DNA of 32,000 nucleotides from Pseudomonas aeruginosa (GTDB lineage Bacteria; Pseudomonadota; Gammaproteobacteria; Pseudomonadales; Pseudomonadaceae): NCBI RefSeq assembly GCF_001457615.1, contig NZ_LN831024.1, positions 1,530,001 to 1,562,000 of the forward strand, read 5' to 3'. Shown piece by piece: positions 27,382 to 32,000 of this stretch (position 1 is its first letter; each line of letters starts with the position of its first letter). The notes under the pieces were generated by a model. It saw only the letters and a program-made list of their open reading frames with translations, ran no database searches and was not told where the DNA came from. The position numbers and the translations under genes were made by a program.

Positions 27382-27715
27382 GTGCATGGGCATGACGCAG
27401 GCGTAGGGTCGGATAGTAGCGTTTCGCCCAGTGCCGGCAATAGGAAAATGATTTTCATTGAAGTCTGCGCGCCATATGCCATCAATGGCGCTTGGCTATT
27501 GTGGAAAGAACGCTTTGGAATTTGTAAATCAATATTTCAGTCGGCCGCGAGGTGACAGTTATGTGAACGGAAAGAGGCGCTGACAGGAAACCCTAAAAGT
27601 TATTCTCCGATGGATTCGCAGGCCTTTAGCTCGGGGTTTTTCGCAGCGCATCCAGTGTTATCGAAGAGCACCTTTCGGCGAACTCCGTTGTCCGCCGAGA
27701 AGGCCGCTGCATTGC

Positions 27716-27746
27716 TTGACCTTGCCACCGTGGCAAGCTTTACGGT
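27716..27746 (+). promoter_or_regulatory. MerR/CueR-type promoter-operator of the HDO/lyase (flc) operon
   Basis: TTGACC-TTGCCACCGTGGCAAGCTT-TACGGT: a 19-nt spacer containing a perfect 7-3-7 palindrome CTTGCCA-ccg-TGGCAAG (27721-27737). The TTG that the ORF track uses as a start (27716) is this -35 hexamer. Confidence 0.75.
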
Positions 27747-27781
27747 CGCCCCGCACAACAACAAAAACAAGGGTGATCCAA

Positions 27782-28819
27782 ATGACTTCAAATCCGTTAC
27801 AGCAATGCTGCAGTTCTTCCTCCGATATGAATATCCGTTCCCAGCGGACAATGTCGGAACCTGCCCGAAATGCATCGGCTCTCCTGGCTGAAGCCTTGAA
27901 ACCCGGTGCCTCCCTGGACCAGATCACGCTCGCGCTCGAGGCGATTCTCGCGGTCACGGCCAAAGGCCTGGGCGGCGATGCTTCGGCTTACGCGCAGTAC
28001 CAGGCGTTGCTCCTGGAACTGCACGTAGGCAGCGATCCGCATACGGAGCCGACCCGCCGCTGGATGGCGAGCCAGGTCTACCTGGTCGAGGATCGTTTCG
28101 CTCCCGAGCCGGCCGGTTTCAGCGCCGTCCCGGTGGAGGAGTTCCGCAAGAAGGTCGACGCCGAGATCGAGGCGCGCAGCCGGGTGCGCCATCCCATGTC
28201 GGTCCACCTGTTCCAGGGCACGCCGCCGGTCGAGGACGTGCGCTTCTTCCTGGAACACCATTGGGTCCGTTCCTACAACTTCTACAGCCTCCTGGCGGAG
28301 CTGGCCTTCCGCTTCGAAAACATCGAGGACGCCTCGGTGTTCTACCGCAACCTCTACGGCGAGGCCGGGGCGGAGACGCCGGAGCGCTCGCACCCCGCGT
28401 TGCTGTCCCACCTGATGACCTACTTCGACATTCCGCTGCGCATCGATTTCCCGGCGCTGCATCCGCTGGAGAAGGCCTACCTCAACAACCGTATCCGTTG
28501 CGTGCGGCACACCGATGTCGCCTGGGGCCTTGCGCTCCTGTACGCGGTCGAGTCGGTGAGCTGCGTCAACCACCGGCGCATCTACGAACTCCTGCAGCGC
28601 CTGGGCGTGCCCGAGCAACCCAGCGAGTTCCATCGCCTGCACGGCACCCAGGACGAGATCGATACCGAGGAGATGTGGGCGCTGATCGCCAAGTTCGCGC
28701 CGAGCGAAGACTTCCAGCGCCAGTTCATGCAGTCGCTGGCGCGCCACTTCGAAATCAACCGGGCCTACTTCGACCTGCTCTGGGAGCAGATGCAGGCGAA
28801 TTCCCTGGCCATGGCCTGA
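27782..28819 (+). CDS. flcE: Heme-oxygenase-like diiron oxidase/oxygenase (HDO; iron-containing redox enzyme family), first gene of the operon
   Basis: The frame is open from 27716, but the start must lie downstream of the promoter. The ATG at 27782 (MTSNPLQQCCSSSSD..., with AAGGG 8 nt upstream) is preferred; the alternatives are 27827 and 27851. It is a paralogue of the next gene along its whole length. Shared blocks include RHPMS, FLxHxW, LYGExG...SHPxLL, NNRxRxxRHxxVxWGLA and E-x7-NH. The symbol is assigned from memory of the PA3519-like flc cluster. Confidence 0.8.
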   Translation: MTSNPLQQCCSSSSDMNIRSQRTMSEPARNASALLAEALKPGASLDQITLALEAILAVTAKGLGGDASAYAQYQALLLELHVGSDPHTEPTRRWMASQVYLVEDRFAPEPAGFSAVPVEEFRKKVDAEIEARSRVRHPMSVHLFQGTPPVEDVRFFLEHHWVRSYNFYSLLAELAFRFENIEDASVFYRNLYGEAGAETPERSHPALLSHLMTYFDIPLRIDFPALHPLEKAYLNNRIRCVRHTDVAWGLALLYAVESVSCVNHRRIYELLQRLGVPEQPSEFHRLHGTQDEIDTEEMWALIAKFAPSEDFQRQFMQSLARHFEINRAYFDLLWEQMQANSLAMA

Positions 28820-28851
28820 TGCCTATCCAGAACAAGAACAAGGAGTACAGG

Positions 28852-29838
28852 ATGAATACCCGCAATTTTTCCCTGCCGCAGTTGCAGAACCTGCCCATCG
28901 AAGAAGCACGCATCGTTGCCGATGCGCTGGCCGTCCACGCTACTTCCCGCCAGATCGATAGCGCCGCGAGCAAGCTGGCCGCGCTGGCCGAGGCAGGGCT
29001 CAAGGGCGACCGCCAGGCCTATGCCGCGTACCAGCAGTTGCTCTACGTCCTTTCGTTGAGCGACGACGTGGCGACCGCCCAGACCCGGCGCTGGCTGGCC
29101 CGGGCGATCTATCGCGTCGAAGAGCGTTTCATGCCCGCCGCCGATCTTTCCAGGGCGTTGTCCGAGGAGGATTTCCAGAAGCGACTCGAACAGGAAATCG
29201 CCGCGCAGTCCCGCGAGCGGCACCCGATGTCGCAGTACGTGTTCTCCGGCTCGGCCTCCCGCGCGCAGCTCCAGGTGTTCCTCCGTCACCAGTGGTTCCG
29301 CACCTTCCGCCTGTACCGCGATGCGGCCGACCTGTTGGTCAACCTGACCGATGTGGACGAGGCCGCGGCGCTCGCGCGTTACCTCTATGGCGAGTTGGGC
29401 GAGGAAGACGAAAAGGGTTCGCATCCGCGCCTGCTGGCCAAGCTGCTCGAGGCCATCGGCCTTGAGGCGGACTTCCAGGCCGTGTCGACGATGCCCGAGG
29501 AAATCGCCTACCTGAACAATCGCGCCCGTGCCTTCCGGCATGCCGAGGTCGGTTGGGGGCTGGCGGTGTTCTACATCACCGAACTGGTCGTGCCGGGGAA
29601 CCACGAAAAGCTCTATCGGGCCCTGCTCCAGGCCGGCCTGAGCGAGGACCAGGCGGAGTACTACAAGGTCCACATCAGCCTCGTACCGCCGCGGGCCAAG
29701 CGCGAATGGCAACTCATCGCGCGGCGGATTCCGGACGTGCAGTTCCAGAATGCGTTCCTGACCTCGCTATCGCAGCACTTCCGTGTGGAAAGGGCCTATT
29801 ACGACGCGATCTGGGAAGAGATGCAGAGCGTCAAGTGA
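28852..29838 (+). CDS. flcD: Heme-oxygenase-like diiron oxidase/oxygenase (HDO), paralogue of the preceding gene
   Basis: Start at the ATG at 28852 (MNTRNFSLPQLQ...), with AAGGAG 6 nt upstream. The long track ORF from 28261 overlaps flcE. Motifs are RHPMSQYVFSG, FLRHQWFRTF, LYGELGEEDEKGSHPRLL and ELVVPGNH. Confidence 0.85.
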   Translation: MNTRNFSLPQLQNLPIEEARIVADALAVHATSRQIDSAASKLAALAEAGLKGDRQAYAAYQQLLYVLSLSDDVATAQTRRWLARAIYRVEERFMPAADLSRALSEEDFQKRLEQEIAAQSRERHPMSQYVFSGSASRAQLQVFLRHQWFRTFRLYRDAADLLVNLTDVDEAAALARYLYGELGEEDEKGSHPRLLAKLLEAIGLEADFQAVSTMPEEIAYLNNRARAFRHAEVGWGLAVFYITELVVPGNHEKLYRALLQAGLSEDQAEYYKVHISLVPPRAKREWQLIARRIPDVQFQNAFLTSLSQHFRVERAYYDAIWEEMQSVK

Positions 29839-29868
29839 CTTCCACCGGGACAAAGCGAGCACTCGAAA

Positions 29869-31302
29869 ATGCCAAGTCACATTACGGAATCCCGTATACA
29901 CGGGGGCGCCTACTCGTCCCCGGCATTCGCCGCGATCTTTTCCGATACCAACCAGGTGCGGAGGTGGCTGGATGTCGAGCGAGCCTTGGCGGCGACCCAG
30001 GCCGAGATGGGCATCATCCCCCACGAGGCGGCGCGGGAGATCGACCGCGCCGCCCAGGTGGAGCGCTTCGACCTCACCCAACTGGGCCGCGAAAGCCTGG
30101 AGACAGGGCACCTACTGGTGCCTACCATCCGCGCCCTGGCGAGGTCGTGCGAGGGTAGCTGGGGGGAGTACGTGCACTATGGCGTGACCACCCAGGACAT
30201 CCTCGACACCGGGCTGATGCTGCAGGTCAAGGAAGCCTGGGGCCATGCGCTCGGGCTCCTGCACTCGATCCGTGGCCATCTGCTGGCGCTTGCCCTGCGC
30301 CACCAGCACACGCCGATGGTTGCACGCACCCACGGGCAGCAGGCGCTGCCCACGACCTTCGGCTACAAGGTCGCCGTCTGGGTGGATGAAATCGACCGTC
30401 ACCTGGCGCGCTTCGACGAAGCGCGCGAACGCGTCCTGGTCGGCAACCTGACCGGTGCCGTGGGAACCCTGGCGTCGTTCGGCGCCCAGGGCTTCGAGCT
30501 ACAGCGGCGAACCCTGGCCAGGCTTGGCCTCGGCGCGCCGTCGACCAGTTGGCACAGCGCCCGGGACCGGGTGCTGGAGGTTGCCGGGTTGCTGGTCCAG
30601 GTGTCGGTGACGCTGGGCCGGGTGGCGAACGAGATCTACCACCTGCAGCGCAGCGAAATCGACGAGGTACGCGAGGGCAGCCGGCCGGGACAGGTGGGCA
30701 GCAGCACCATGCCGCACAAGCGGAACCCGTCGTCGGTCGACCTGGTCAGCGCGCTGTCGCGGCTGGTGCGGGCACAGATGGTGGCGCTCACCGATGCCGC
30801 GTTCCAGTTGCACGAGCGCGACGGCACCGCCTGGCGCATCGAGTGGGCGGCGTTGCCGGAGCTGTTCGTCTACGCCGGCGCCTTGCTGACCCGCATGGAG
30901 GCGGTGCTGGCCGAGGGGCTCGAGGTGCGCGAGGAACGCATGCGCGCCAACCTCGACCTGCTGGGTGGGCTGATCCTGTCGGAGCGGGTCATGCTCGCGC
31001 TGGCGGGGCAGTTCGGCAAGCAGACCGCCCACGAACTGCTCCATGAGATAACCCAGGCCTCCCAGCGGCAGGGCGTTCCGTTCCGCGAGGCGCTGCTCGG
31101 GCAGCCAAGGTTGCGCGGCTGTTTCAGCGCCGAGGCGCTCGAAGAACTGCTCGACCCCGTCGGCTACGTCGGCCTCGCCGCGGAGATGGTCGACCTGGTC
31201 GCCGGCAAACCACGAACCGGCGCGTCGGGCGACAGGCCCGAAGGCGCCGCCTCTTCCCAAGGAAATCCCGGTCAGTCCCAGTACGTGATGGAGGATAGGT
31301 GA
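29869..31302 (+). CDS. flcC: Fumarate-lyase superfamily enzyme (adenylosuccinate lyase / 3-carboxymuconate cycloisomerase-like)
   Basis: 477-aa ORF with the superfamily signature GSSTMPHKRNP plus TTQDILDT and ARTHGQQALPTTFGYK blocks. Confidence 0.88.
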   Translation: MPSHITESRIHGGAYSSPAFAAIFSDTNQVRRWLDVERALAATQAEMGIIPHEAAREIDRAAQVERFDLTQLGRESLETGHLLVPTIRALARSCEGSWGEYVHYGVTTQDILDTGLMLQVKEAWGHALGLLHSIRGHLLALALRHQHTPMVARTHGQQALPTTFGYKVAVWVDEIDRHLARFDEARERVLVGNLTGAVGTLASFGAQGFELQRRTLARLGLGAPSTSWHSARDRVLEVAGLLVQVSVTLGRVANEIYHLQRSEIDEVREGSRPGQVGSSTMPHKRNPSSVDLVSALSRLVRAQMVALTDAAFQLHERDGTAWRIEWAALPELFVYAGALLTRMEAVLAEGLEVREERMRANLDLLGGLILSERVMLALAGQFGKQTAHELLHEITQASQRQGVPFREALLGQPRLRGCFSAEALEELLDPVGYVGLAAEMVDLVAGKPRTGASGDRPEGAASSQGNPGQSQYVMEDR

Positions 31303-32000
31303 TGGATGCTGAATCGCTGGAAATGCTTGCCCGTTCCTCGTGCACCGCGCATCCGCAGAGCTTCGGCGGCGCACCGGCCGAGTCGTCCTGCAAGCACGAA
31401 CACAGTCACATCGTTGACTCTAAAACCCATGGCGGCGGCTACGCCGGTCCGGTGAGCCGCCGGATCTTCTGTAGCCACTGCCGCCTGCAACGCTGGCTCG
31501 ACGTGGAGGCGGCGCTGGCGCTGGCGCAGGCCGATGTCGGCGTCATTCCGCCCGAGGCGGCGCTGGAGATCGCGAAGGCCGCCAGGCTTTCGGCCGTCGA
31601 CCTGCAGCAGATCGCCGACGGCGTGGCCAGCACCGGGCACTCGCTGATGCCCCTGCTGGGCGCGCTGCAAAGGAACTGCAGCCCCAGCGCGCGCGAGTAC
31701 GTGCATTTCGGCGCGACCACGCAGGATATCCAGGACACCGCGCAGTCCCTGGAAATGCGCGATGTGCTGGATGAAACGGAGCGGGCGCTGGACATCCTCC
31801 TGGACCGGCTCTCGGTGCTGGCGAGCGGGACCCGCAATGCGCTGATGGTCGCCAGGACCCACTCGATCCCGGCGTTGCCAACCACCTTCGGGCTGAAGGT
31901 GGCCGGCTGGATCGACGAGTTGCTGCGTCACCGCGAACGCCTGGGCGAGGCGCGCAAGCGGATCCTGGTGGTGCAACTGTTCGGCGGCGTGGGCACGATG
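31302..32000 (+). CDS. flcB: Second fumarate-lyase superfamily enzyme, N-terminal 233 codons (continues past the right edge)
   Basis: Own translation from the ATG at 31302, which overlaps the flcC stop (TGATG): MDAESLEMLARSSCTAHPQSFGGAPAESSCKHEHSHIVDSKTHGGGYAGPVSRRIF...EYVHFGATTQDIQDT...MVARTHSIPALPTTFGLKVAGWIDEL... It is open to the window end and paralogous to flcC. It is not in the ORF track because no stop falls in the window. The next in-frame ATG (31323) is an alternative start. Confidence 0.8.
   Translation, partial: MDAESLEMLARSSCTAHPQSFGGAPAESSCKHEHSHIVDSKTHGGGYAGPVSRRIFCSHCRLQRWLDVEAALALAQADVGVIPPEAALEIAKAARLSAVDLQQIADGVASTGHSLMPLLGALQRNCSPSAREYVHFGATTQDIQDTAQSLEMRDVLDETERALDILLDRLSVLASGTRNALMVARTHSIPALPTTFGLKVAGWIDELLRHRERLGEARKRILVVQLFGGVGTM

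Noticed and set aside
27444-27462. Fur box call for GAAAATGATTTTCATTGAA.
   Set aside because: It matches the consensus at only 13/19, compared with 15/19 for the bfd site, and it has no adjacent iron-related promoter. It is kept only as an unexplained palindrome.
27716-27781. Track start of the first HDO gene at 27716 (TTG).
   Set aside because: That TTG is the -35 hexamer of the MerR-type promoter, so transcription should begin near 27753 and the codons before that cannot be translated. The first ATG after the promoter (27782) was used instead.
27600-27963. ORFs 27600..27875 (minus), 27610..27891 (plus) and 27658..27963 (minus).
   Set aside because: They run across the flc promoter-operator and into the 5' end of the HDO gene. 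They have no supporting signals.
28819-28851. Alternative flcD start at the ATG at 28819, overlapping the flcE stop (TGATG).
   Set aside because: It has no Shine-Dalgarno sequence. The ATG at 28852 has a canonical AAGGAG 6 nt upstream and gives an N-terminus that aligns with the paralogue. It is not fully excluded.

Overview
High-GC (about 65%), gene-dense chromosome that I recognise as Pseudomonas aeruginosa core genome. It is collinear, in reverse orientation, with the region I recall as PA3541 (alg8) down to PA3516; locus numbers are from memory and unchecked. I saw no rRNA, tRNA, CRISPR array, transposase or integrase. Left to right: the 5' end of alg8 and algD (minus strand) with the long algD leader, the AlgU (sigma-22) promoter and three AlgR core boxes. 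Then yaaA, an orphan ABC ATPase tightly linked to argF, a small membrane protein, the EprS subtilase autotransporter, a molybdopterin oxidoreductase, grxD and an MFS transporter. Next come bfrB and bfd (with a Fur box), a 2-Cys peroxiredoxin, rnt-pyrC (ATGA overlap), motY, argG (preceded by TGTCGC ArgR-type boxes) and gloA. The right third is the interesting part, a copper-responsive block of three transcription units: mexP-mexQ-opmE (RND efflux), a 64-aa MxCxxC copper chaperone, and an operon of two paralogous heme-oxygenase-like diiron enzymes plus two paralogous fumarate-lyase-superfamily enzymes that runs off the right edge. Each unit is preceded by the same MerR/CueR-type promoter (TTGACCTT..., 19-bp spacer, internal dyad). 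The last operon matches what I recall as flcE-flcD-flcC-flcB, the fluopsin C copper-thiohydroxamate pathway. It is therefore the standout system, but to my knowledge it is not undescribed. As given, mexQ is broken by three separate 1-nt losses in G-runs within about 300 bp; this is either a pseudogene or an assembly error. The many long ORFs antisense to real genes are GC-bias artefacts.
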